A stretch of DNA of 64,000 nucleotides from Rhina ancylostomus (taxonomy: Eukaryota): NCBI GenBank assembly GCA_030265395.1, contig JARFYF010000012.1:15061375-15125374 (forward strand), in the 5' to 3' direction. Below the pieces are notes generated by a model. It did not search any database. It had not been told where the DNA came from and was given only the letters and a program-made list of their open reading frames with translations. Position numbers and translations under genes: made by a program. Shown piece after piece: positions 52,547-63,282 of this stretch (its first letter is position 1; each line of letters opens with the position of its first letter).

Positions 52547-53060
52547 AAAGATATACTGACTTTGGAGGTGGTGCAGAGGAGGTTCGCCAGATTGATTCTG
52601 GAGATGAGGGGGTTAGCCTATGAGGAGAGAGTGAGTCACCTGGGACTATACTCGCTAGAATTCAGAAGAATGAGAGGGGATCTTTATAGAAACACATAAA
52701 ACTATGAAAGGGATAGATAAGACAGAGGCAGGAACGCGTTTCCACTGGTAGGTGAGACTGGAACCAGGGGACGTAGCCTCAAGATTCAGGTGAATAGATT
52801 TAGGATGGAGATGAGGAGAAACTGCTTTTCCCAAAAGAGTGAATCTGGAATTCTCTGCCCAGGGAAGTAGCAGAGGCTACCTCACTAAATATATTTAAGG
52901 TAAGATAGATGTTTGCATAGTAGGGGCATTGAGGGTTAGGGGAAAAGGCAGGCAGGTGGATCTAAGTCCACGGCCAGATCAGCCATGATCTTATTGAATG
53001 GCAGAGCAGGTTCAGCGGGCTAGATGGCCGACTCCTGCTCCTATTTCTTATTTTCCTATG
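52547..53060 (+). mobile_element. CR1-like LINE 3' fragment nested in a Penelope-like remnant (52495-53200)
   Basis: Encodes KDILTLEVVQRRFARLILEMRGLAYEERVSHLGLYSLEFRRMRGDL; tail gatggccgactcctgctcctatttcttat. Confidence 0.93.
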
Positions 53061-56000
53061 AAAGAAATTGTCGAAGTTCTGGGTCAAAACCCTGCATTAG
53101 GGCTCAGTGGAGAGGCAAGATGGCCAGCTTGGGGAGGAGAAGGGAAGTAGCAAGGAAAATTACCTGGGTGATCGGTGAGCTGGGGGCAGCTAATGGGCTG
53201 GTTTGGGTTGATGTGCATTATAAATCCTGCAGCATTTTAAGCTGATAGTGAAGGCAATGGGAGTAAAGGTGGGGTGTCAAGCGAGTACTGACACCCTTTC
53301 ATTTTCTGGCAGGTGAGTAAGCTTAAAAAGAATCCGGTTTACTGAGGAGCAGTGCTCAACCCCATTGGCAACCAGTCTCCTCTGCAAGAATGATTTTCAG
53401 CCTTTGATCAACATTATTGCTTACAATTTCAGTGCTGTCACTGGGGCTTATCATCAGCTCCCAGATACACAATCTCCTGAAGCTGGACAGCAGAGTCTGT
53501 GAGCAAGGAATGAAATCTCATAGCCCAACTTTGAGCCAGATTTTGTACATTCTCTATACCTTTTGAGAGTGGGAAAACCTTTTTTAGAAAGAAATAAAAT
53601 TTGTATATTTTCTGCTTCATTATATACAGGATGTTCCTGGACTTGATTCAGACATACCATTTAAAACTAATAGTTGTGGTCGAGGACCCTTTTTTTACTA
53701 TTACATTGAGTAGAGTGATTTTCCACAGTGTTTTTTATTTTGCATGTGCCATGTGACACTTGACAAGTCAACATAGAGGGAACAGAAATGCAGCAAAAAT
53801 GTGCTTTCTTTTTCCAGTTATCACTCATATCTGCAAACAACTTGCTCTATTTCCCTTTGCCTCATGGTTAAGAAATATTTCAGTTTCAGACTTCCCTTGT
53901 TTACAAATTTGCCTTTGGCTTCCTTTTTNNNNNNNNNNNNNNNNNNNNNNNNNNNNNNNNNNNNNNNNNNNNNNNNNNNNNNNNNNNNNNNNNNNNNNNN
54001 NNNNNNNNNNNNNNNNNNNNNNNNNNNNNNNCTGTAGAACTCCGTGCCCAAACCAGCCACCAGCACTCCACTGTGATGGAGTGCTGTATCGGGGCTGTCT
54101 CAATGCACATGGCCCTTTGCACTCTCAGAATGACTTTGACATTTGGTGAGACTCCATCCTTGGGCCTGCTGGCTGCCAAAGGTGGTACTGTATTTGAATG
54201 TTTAAGAACGTATTAGACATTCAGTAACACTTGGGACGTGTCAAAAATAAAAAGTTGTTAAAAGTTTTTTCTCCAACAATTGGAAATCTTTAATGTTTTT
54301 CAAATAAACAGTGCTCTATTTCCCATGTAGCTGGCAGTTGTTTCTCCCAGTTATTTGAATGTACACTCACCAGATATAACTTGGTTCTGCTTCAACAAGC
54401 AGATTTCCAGTCTGGGAGTGGTAGGTATGTACAAGTTGATGTTTCCCTGAATCCACCAGCACAGTACAAGTCGAGCCACATGCACAGATGTCACTGTTGG
54501 ATTAGGCCCCTGTCAGTGCCACAAATAAACAGCAACATGGGAACTGTGCCAGCCTGAAATTGTTCAGAAAATTAACTTTGTGATATCATAATGCGCTAGG
54601 ACTGAAGACTAGCAAAACTCTTTGCATATAATGAAGAACACTTAAAAATCTGAGGATTGTGTTTTCAAGATTTTCCCCTGCATAGGGGTTCTACTTCATT
54701 GTATTTTCTCTATAATAGCAAGGCAAAATCATGCTTCAAGGTGAAACATCAGGGTGTACTGACATCACTGTACCTTGTTAATGATATACCTGTTGTCAGT
54801 ACAGTTTAGATTTACTAAATTGATGGGGTGGTTGTTCTACAAAGGGCACTTGAGGGAGCTGGCATATTCAACTAAATTCCAGTGCATATGAGAGAATCTC
54901 ATAAAGGTGTACAAAATTCTGAAAGGGGTTGACACAGGATAGATGATAAGCTGTTTCTTCTTTCTGGATGTGCTTTCACTATCATTATGCAAACTGTAAT
55001 TTAAACTAGTTGCACTTTATTTTCTTCCAACCACCTAATTCATTCAGTCACAAATCAATATTTTGGTTCTGTTGAAGGGAGGATCACATCAAGCCCTTTA
55101 CATTTCAGATAATGGATAAAATGGACAAGGGCAAAGCAATGTCTCATTAAAAGAATGCCAACAAAGCAATAACAGGAAAGCACATCATTTGCTGTTCAGG
55201 ACCTTGGCAAGTCTAATGCTACTATGATAAACTGAACAATATGATGTACTGTTTAAAAGCTTTGAAGAGGAAGTGATCGCACTTTCAGCTATGCAAAGCA
55301 CTTGGGCACAGTCCAAGGTGCATCTAAAAAAAAATATTTCTGAAGAGCTTTTTCTGAATTCAGTAAGCATTTTATGATATATCCAAAATTTAGTTAAATT
55401 GCATTGCTATTCATTTCTATTTTATCAGACTTGAGTATTTTAAAGAATGTCTTATCTTTACTTTTTAAATTGCAGTGATGGTCGTGTGAGGGAATGTTGT
55501 CATTTTCACAACCACTCATTTCCCGTAACACAACAGCCAAATTTTTAACCCCATGACCTAAATTTATAGTTTGAGAGTATCACCATGAAATTCTACTCGC
55601 ATTTTATTGTATATGGTGTAATCATACACAGAACAGTAGTTCCAACAATGGCACAATTATATAATAATACAATGTCATTTCACAATACTTTGGTATGATA
55701 GTGCCCCTCTTCCTTTATCCACCTGCCCAAGCCCACTGTTTAATGCACAGTTGGGAGTAACATTTGTGGATTGGCAAAGACTGTGTTGGAAGGTACATTA
55801 TAATCAATGAGCAGTTGGATTTTACAAAATAGTACTCCCAAATATATTAGAATTTGGGGACAATATTCCTGTTTACTCTGTGATTACTTGGTGTTAAAGA
55901 GGGTGAAATATTGTCTTGGGTACCTGGGCTTTTAAGTGTGCATTATTGGGAATGCACCAAGCAGTGACTTTTCCATTTGACACTTCCAGACAAAATAATT

Positions 56001-56321
56001 TCTTCCTTGGATTAACATTTGAAGGGGAAAATGTTAAAGCAAGAGCCGGTACATGAGCCTTGGTTGATACGCTTTGACACAATATTTCAATGGGAGGGGA
56101 GAGGGTAGCTCTGGTTCAGAGTTAGGATGTCCAAAATTGATCATGTCTCCCCTGTTTGCAAGGTGATGCTGTAACCTTAATGCATTAATTCTGCAGGCCA
56201 ATCTTTATAAATGAAGCCAAATGCATTTGATTTAATGGAAGCTGATGAATTCTCTCTTGTACAATACACAAAGTGCCAGAGGAACTCAGTGGATCAGGCA
56301 GCATCTATGGAGGGAAATGGA

Positions 56322-56356
56322 CAGTCGATGTTTCGGGCCGAGACCCTTCAGGACTG
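56322..56356 (-). ncRNA. Minimal type I hammerhead ribozyme-like motif (degenerate)
   Basis: Minus strand: cagtc-CTGA(3-nt gap)-aggg tctcgg ccc-GAAA-c-atc-gactg; perfect stem I and stem II, core deletion. Confidence 0.6.
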
Positions 56357-56825
56357 GAAGGAAGAGGGCAGAAGCCAGAATAAGAAGATGGGGGTAGGGG
56401 GAGGAACAACCACGGGTGGGTGATAGGTGAGTTCAGGGGATGTGAGTTTGTGTGAGAGGGGGAAGGTGGGTCGGGTAAGGGGGGGAAGATGTAATAAGCT
56501 GAGAGGTGATAGGAAGAAGNNNNNNNNNNNNNNNNNNNNNNNNNNNNNNNNNNNNNNNNNNNNNNNNNNNNNNNNNNNNNNNNNNNNNNNNNNNNNNNNN
56601 NNNNNNNNNNNNNNNNNNNNNNNNNNNNNNNNNNNNNNNNNNNNNNNNNNNNNNNNNNNNNNNNNNNNNNNNNNNNNNNNNNNNNNNNNNNNNNNNNNNN
56701 NNNNNNNNNNNNNNNNNNNNNNNNNNNNNNNNNNNNNNNNNNNNNNNNNNNNNNNNNNNNNNNNNNNNTCTGCCTGCGTGTGCTTCTTCCCCTCCCCCCA
56801 CCTTATTCTGGCGCCTACCCTCTTC

Positions 56826-56863
56826 CAGTGCTGATGAAGGGTCTCTGTCCGAAACGCCAACTG
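56826..56863 (+). ncRNA. Minimal type I hammerhead ribozyme-like motif (degenerate)
   Basis: cagtg-CTGATGA-aggg tctctg tcc-GAAA-c-gcc-aactg: intact core boxes and stem II, mutated cleavage triplet. Confidence 0.65.
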
Positions 56864-57324
56864 TTTGTTTGTTTATTTCCCTCCATAGATGCTGCCTGAC
56901 CTGCTGAGTTCCTCCAGCACTTTCAGTGTATTGCTCCAGATACATCTAGTATCTGCAGAATTTCATGCGTCTCTGAATTTTCTCTTGTATTCAGCCAACC
57001 ATTTTCTGGAGAGTATGTTCCTGGAGTACACTGAATATAACATGTCAGTTAAATGAATGAAATATGTAGAGTGTGTCTCAAATGTAATAAGCAGTCAAGA
57101 GATTTCTGCCTCTTTGCTCACATGGAATGAAACCAAGAAAGTGGATGCAAACTCTTAATGCAGCATTCTTTGTTAAAACCTAAAAGTCAATCGACTTATC
57201 CAAAGATTAAAACACTTCAAAGGGAAGTGCGCAGTAGATTGATGCAAATTAACTTTTTGGGGATAAATCAACCAACCTGGCTGTTTCTTTGCATTGATGA
57301 GAATGCCTCTAGTTAAACAATTCA

Positions 57325-57640
57325 TGCATGGTTCTGCAGGTAAGTAATTTTATGCTACCCATCTTGTCCCCGGTTCAGACTGATAAATAATTCTCTTGCC
57401 TGGTTCAGAGCAATAGGTAATTCAATCCTGTTCTATTCATGGTTGGTGCAGAATGACAGGTAATTCAATAATGTCCCTTTCATATCTTTTCTCAGATTAA
57501 TGGCTAATGTTTCTGGTTCAGTGCATCAGATAATTTCTCTTGAGTCCACTGAAAATCTCGTTTAGAGTGGTAGTTACTTCAAGAAGCTCAGTTCCTGTTT
57601 GGTGCAGAGTTCAATGTAATTATCTTTGATTAGGTTCTTA
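57325..57640 (+). repeat. Degenerate, irregularly spaced short repeat array
   Basis: About 6 copies of ggt(t/g)cag..N7-8..taatt(c), e.g. ggttcagactgataaataattctcttg, ggttcagagcaataggtaattcaat, ggtgcagaatgacaggtaattcaat, ggttcagtgcatcagataatttctcttg. Confidence 0.6.
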
Positions 57641-57879
57641 ATAAACAGCAAAGCAAAACTGCTGAATACTCCTGTTTGGTATTGGGTGCTAATGCACCAA
57701 CATATATAGGAAGGGCGTTGTACTTCCATCTCCTGACAGCAGATAAATTTTGGACAAAAGATTCTATTTTCTCTTAAATGATGCCATTTTGAACCAAGCT
57801 GTCAGCTCTAACAAAATATTTTGGGATGATTGTACCAAGTTAATTGCTACAATGAGACTACAAATCCATGGAGGATATG

Positions 57880-58272
57880 TCAAAGTGGAGTTTATTGTCA
57901 TATACACAAGGACATGTATGCACAAGTATAATAAAAAATTATTTGCAGCAGTATCACAGGCACGTAGCATCATATAACCAGCATTCACAAGAAAAACAAA
58001 TTAAACATATGCTTTTTTACAAGAAAGAACACAATTAGAACAGGAAAAAAAGTGCATTTTAGTGCAAAGTGGTTGTAGTGTTGTTAAACTGTAGTGGTTG
58101 GGGTTGTGCCGGTTGGTTCAAGAACTGAATGGTTGAGGGGAAGCAACTCTTCTATAACCTGGTGGTGTGGGATTTCAGGCTTCTGTACCTCCTGTCCAAT
58201 GGTAGCTGTGAGAAGATGGCATGGCCCGGATGGTGGGGATCTATGGATGTTGCCATTTTGAGGTGCTGCCGT
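57880..58272 (-). mobile_element. Rex1/Babar-like LINE 3' fragment
   Basis: Minus strand encodes IHRSPP/HHPGHAIFSQLPLDRRYRSLKSHTTRL*KSCFPSTIQFLN. Confidence 0.88.
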
Positions 58273-58479
58273 GCTTGACAATAGTGTGGAAAGATGGAGG
58301 GACAGAATAAACTGAAGACATCATTGATGTGAAATGAAGTTTTTGTGCTTGGAAATTCCAGTGGGCCTAGTTTGGAATGGTGTAATAAAGTTGTCGCCCA
58401 ATGCTGGGCATGCAGGTCATTTCACTAACTGACATAGGTCTCCATACCTGCTAGGCCTGAGTCCATACACCCTTATAAA

Positions 58480-58800
58480 ACAGCCTGAGAACACATACCA
58501 CCAGGTTCAAGGANNNNNNNNNNNNNNNNNNNNNNNNNNNNNNNNNNNNNNNNNNNNNNNNNNNNNNNNNNNNNNNNNNNNNNNNNNTCTACATCGTCAT
58601 GGCCCTTGCACCTTATTTGACTACTTGCACTTCACTTTCTCTGTAACTGTCACACTATATTCTGCATTCTGTTATGGTTTTCCTCTTGTGCTACCTCTAT
58701 GTAATTGTGTATGGAATAATTTGTCCAAATGGCATGCAGAGAAAACCTTTTCACTGTATCTCAATACATGTGACTATAATGAACCAATTACTATTTACTT
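58480..58800 (+). mobile_element. Rex1/Babar-like LINE 3' fragment spanning a gap
   Basis: SLRTHTTRFK before the gap; the 3' UTR is the reverse complement of 2915-3110. Confidence 0.8.
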
Positions 58801-58929
58801 GAGTTGAGCAGCACCAGGTATTCTTTCCCCTTCCAGATCAGTAAGGAGTGTAACTGATTGCATCACCCTTCCCTCCAGTAAAAGGTTTGTTTACTTTGGA
58901 GGACCCCATACGTGCTTTACCCAGGTCAT

Positions 58930-59192
58930 AAAGGACCCGGGAAGTGCCCTCTTCTCGTTACTACCATTGGAGAGGAGGTACAGGAGCCTGAAGACCCACA
59001 CTCGGCATTTCAGTAACAGCTTCTTCCCCTCTACCATCAGATTTCTGAACGGACCATGAACAGTGCCTCATTATTCCTCTTTTGCACTATTTATTTAATT
59101 TTGTAATTTTTATCTCTTTATCTTGCACTGCCCTGCTGCCGCAAAACAACAAATTTCGTTGACATGTCAGTGATAATAAATCTGATTCTGAT
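58930..59192 (+). mobile_element. Rex1/Babar-like LINE 3' fragment
   Basis: Encodes GSALFSLLPLERRYRSLKTHTRHFSNSFFPSTIRFLN; tail aataaatctgattctga. Confidence 0.9.
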
Positions 59193-60737
59193 GTCCTAGA
59201 GTCCTTGGTGAGTTTCCCTGGTTAGGGGTATTGGATTGAGGGAGGCAGTAACTACAGTTTCCTTCTATTTTCCACAATTGCAATGTAATCATCTTAGAAA
59301 TTTATGCAGAGGATAAATCAGATTACTTTTCAACTCCATATCCAATGTTCACGCGTTGTATAATTCATGAGTGCCAAGTATTAGATTAATTATCATATTT
59401 AAAAAGTGATTCCACTAATTGATTTGTCCCTTTGCTAACCTGAGGAGAAAAGCACTTAAATTCAGGTAGTAGAATTTGTTAAGAAGCATTTTGAAATCAG
59501 AGCAGCCACATCTGATCAAATTTAAGTCTGCTTTTTATAATTAGCTAGACTTTTTACTGTATTTTGTTAAAGAAAATCTTTTTCCACTTGGAAATGGTTG
59601 CATTCATTGGGGTCACCTTGGTCTGTATACACTCAAGCAACATTTGTAAAGTTTTTAATGATTTTAATGGGTATCAAAATGCAGAATATGATCAGAACAC
59701 TGCATGATCCAAATTGATTTTAGTCCGATTAAATCATGTTAGTAGATGGTTCTGTGTGTAATTGTGTCAACTGCCAAACAGGAGGCCTGAGCACTTCTAA
59801 TCAGCACCTGCACTAGGATGTCTGACAGTTTCCCTGTCTTGGGTGCATACCTAATGATGTCATTGTGCAATGTGAGTTTCAACCCACATCTATGTAATTT
59901 GGAGCTCAAAGCTCCAAATACTGGCTGTCATGAAAGAATCCTGGGAAAACTAGAAATACATTGTGCTACATTCTTACCTTGCTCAATTTTTAAAGGAATA
60001 TGTACTGTATTTTTAAATATGAATGTTACCTACATGTGTATGTATTTGTACCATGATCCTATTGGACAGGAGAGTCTTGTTGCATGTAATAAGCTTGTCT
60101 GAACCAACAGCTTAAAAATTCTGCATGTAAATAGTTCAAATATCTTGCAACTAAATCTCTAACTTTTTTGGATATGCTGTGCCTTAAAACCTTTTGCAAA
60201 GATGTTATAAGACGCTCTGCTGATATTGGACCAGTTCACGAGAGAGCTCCAAAACTCCTGGGAAATTGCTTAAACCAAATTGCTCAGTTGGAGCTGAAAT
60301 TAAAGAACTTTTTGGAAGATTTAATTGATGAGGTGGAATTGTTTTTAGCTGGGTGATTGTTTTGCAGGTAGCTCAAGCCTTCAGGTAGATGTGACAAGTG
60401 CACGGGAATTCACAATAGTGAAGACTTTCTCCTTAGCCTCATTCTTTTGGCAGAACAGTCTCTGTATCGCTGCCATGGGGATTGTGGTTGATAAGGCCTA
60501 ATGATCTTTTGCTTGTTTCATGCAGCAAAGTGGTGGAAGCTGCATTATGATATCATGGTTCCCATTGGGACCCATGCAGATACTGAGTCCACACATCTTG
60601 AAGTGGAGGCCAAGCCAACGTTGTCACACGTGCATTTAAATAATTTTCTGTTCTTTTGGGGGACATGATTTAGTATTGACATGCAATAACATTTGAATGC
60701 ATGTTATTCCAATTCAATTTCATATGTCTCATTATAT

Positions 60738-61032
60738 GGCAGACATGGTAGTGTAGCGGTTAGAACAAAGCAACACTGTTATAGCACCAGTGACCCAGCT
60801 TCAATTCCCACTGCTGTCTGTAAGGAGTTTCTCCCCGTGTCTGCGTGGGTTTCCTCCAGGTGATCCAGTTTCCCACCACATTCCAAAGACATACGGGTTA
60901 GGATCTGTGAGCATGCTATTTTTGCACTGGAAGAGTGGCGACACTTGCGGGCTGCCCCCAGAACACTCCACGCAAAAGATGCATTTCACTGTATTCTGAT
61001 GTACATGTGACTAATAAAGATATCTTGTATCT
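60738..61032 (+). mobile_element. Full-length tRNA-derived V-SINE
   Basis: A-box tggtagtgtagcgg, B-box-like gcttcaattccc, V-domain tctccccgtgtctgcgtgggtttcctccaggtgatccagtttcccaccacattccaaagac. Confidence 0.88.
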
Positions 61033-62584
61033 AGACATGCAAATGTCTGTGATATTTAAATTAGTGAATCAATATAATTTAACACAACTTTTTTTCTTTT
61101 TGGGTTTGTTGATTTTTGTCTTGGCTCCTTGTGTCAATCCCTTTATTGTAAATGAAGGAGATTTTCATCTGCAATTATGTCCTGTACCATCCTCTATCTC
61201 ATTGGAGTCTTCCCCCTGCCCTATTTCTCATGCATCTGTCATTTCAGTTTTGTTTTATAATTCTATTTTTTCTTCACTAACCTGGTTATTGCCATTAATC
61301 CATGCCTCATTGCTTTATTAAAAGGCACACTGCTGCCAGTGTACAAGTGCAATCTCTGTCTGAAATGTGAGTAAAAGTAGGTTGTCAAACTGCTACCCCC
61401 CTCTACTTGCATTGCATCAACAGTCTCAAGGGTGAAGAACTGCATGCACCTACTTGCGCATGTCCTTCCCAATTCGTAATAAAGGTAACTTAAGATGGTA
61501 CAGCTCATGTCTGATTTAAAGGAATTAGCAACTTAATACTTTCCATTTTATGCCTCATTCAGCATAAATAGGAAGGTAAGATTAATTTCCCCAGAATAGG
61601 TAGAATCTTGACGTGGCTGCTATGATAATACTATCAAGCACTTTGTTGACTTCATCTCTACCTGTGTACAAGATGTTCTGGGACACCACTGATGCATGCA
61701 CCATTGCTCTAGTGCCTGTTGTTTCCAAATTATCTTTCACCTTTTTAGTCATGGTTGCATTGCCAGAACATTACAAAATGTCTCATTAAATAGTAGCTTT
61801 CCATTGCTTATTCTGCATTCTTGATATGATGATAGAAGGTAATAGAATTTTGGATCAGATAACGAAGTTAATGGCAAAGATCAGTTTTGTGCCAGAACCA
61901 AGTGCATGAAGAGGACATTGGAACTTCCAAGAAGCCTCTACAATTAACACAAATGAATGCACAACCAGAATGCATATTGAGGATTTGGGCAGAGACTTTT
62001 TATTTATCGCTGCACAATTTTCTGGCTATAACATAAGCCAGAAAGCTGTACAACTTCTGTAAACTGACCAGACTAATTACAGATATGCATTTTGATCTTA
62101 TAAAGTTCTGTGTCAAAGTGCTAATTTGGAAAAGGTTCTCTGCTTATGCTGTTCTTCCAGTAGGTAATGCAGAGATAACTGTATATGCACAGACATCCAT
62201 GTACTTGCACTTAAACAGTGGCACAAAACTACATGTGTACTTGGATTGTTTGTGTACAGAGCTTTTGAACTTTGGTCAACTGCTTCTAGCTATTACTGAT
62301 CTTGACATTAAGGAAGAAATGGTATTCCTTACGTTTCAGACATTGTGTTTCACATGCAAAAGACTTAAAATCAAACTGATATGACTGTCTCCTCCTGACA
62401 CGGTTGCACTGTTCCAAACTACAAATATCTCTCAGTTTGATGTTACATATCAATTAAAATAATCTGAAATAGTTTTGCACCAGTGCAGAATTTACAGGAT
62501 GACTGACTTTTGAGATTATTATTAATATTTAAATTCTGCTTGGTTATGGTAATCTATTGGCCTTGGCATTGGATGAGGAACTGG

Positions 62585-62805
62585 AGATGCCATTGTGGAA
62601 TATTCTGAACGCTAGCTCAATTTGGTTAGATTGTGCCCTGGCATGCAATAATAACCATGAAAACTGTGGGATTATTGGAAAAACCTGATGCCCTCATGCC
62701 CCTTGGGGAGGAGGGTCTGGCAGCAATGCCAAGAAATTGACTCTTAATGCCCTTGAAAGCAGCCAGGAATGGGTAATGTAGCCCATTGTCCTGGCTAAGA
62801 ATAAA
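62585..62805 (+). mobile_element. Decayed MetaSINE-like remnant
   Basis: aaccatgaaaactgtgggattattggaaaaacc...ttgactcttaatgccctt, similar to 30095-30225. Confidence 0.45.
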
Positions 62806-63147
62806 ATCTTTTCAGTTCTGTCCTTAACATTTCTCCATTTTATTTTACATTTGCAAGTTGGATTTAAATTCCTGTCCAATGAAAGATGACATACTTCTGA
62901 AAAATCCTAAGCGGTGTTTCACGTGAGCTTATACAAACTGGGTGGTCTTCAAATGTTTCTGTGAAGTGCCAAATACAAAATGATCAACTAAAAATATATA
63001 TCATTTAACCATTTCTGTCTGGCGGTTGACATGTGATTTGCTTAGCTTGCCGCTCTCATCAATCTGATGCTGGAGGAACAAATGTGAGTTGAATTTTAAG
63101 AATTGTTGACTCGGAGAGATCACGTTTTGTCTTCTGCCTCTCTGCAG

Positions 63148-63282
63148 TGGCTCACCCTCAGGATCCACACCAGCCCACAGAAAAGCTAGCCATCCGCTGC
63201 TTCAAGTGTGGCGATCCATGTAAAGGACAAGTGCTACGTGTCCAGTCCAGACACTTTCACCTCAAATGCTTCACCTGCAAAG
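63148..63282 (+). CDS. ABLIM1: ABLIM1 internal coding exon (135 bp, phase 1-1): (V)AHPQDPHQPTEKLAIRCFKCGDPCKGQVLRVQSRHFHLKCFTCK, N-terminal half of LIM domain 1
   Basis: The translation has the LIM pattern CxxC-x17-HxxCxxC, preceded by VAHPQDPH, which matches my recollection of vertebrate ABLIM1 (VAHPQDPHHPSEKPVIHCHKCGEPCKGEVLRVQTKHFHIKCFTCK). Polypyrimidine tract plus cag acceptor ends at 63147; donor is AAG|gtagga at 63282/63283. Confidence 0.95.

Larger units (their letters stand above)
56262..56973. mobile_element. Inverted (fold-back) Penelope-like insertion with hammerhead-ribozyme remnants and a 16-bp target-site duplication
   Basis: Left arm 56262-56420 is the reverse complement of right arm ~56790-56935. 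Flanks tgaattctctcttgta (56246-56261) and tgaattttctcttgta (56974-56989). The centre is an N gap. Confidence 0.8.
41737..63147 (+). other. ABLIM1: ABLIM1 intron (GT-AG, phase 1, about 21.4 kb)
   Basis: gt at 41737-41738 and ag at 63146-63147; the reading frame is continuous across the junction. Confidence 0.8.

Noticed and set aside
56348-56945. Longest ORF-track entries (133-170 aa)
   Set aside because: Their length comes from N runs translated as X; the same applies to the ORFs at 28027-28371 and 53760-54179.
60745-60815. tRNA-like sequence
   Set aside because: It is the tRNA-derived head of a SINE; no complete cloverleaf.
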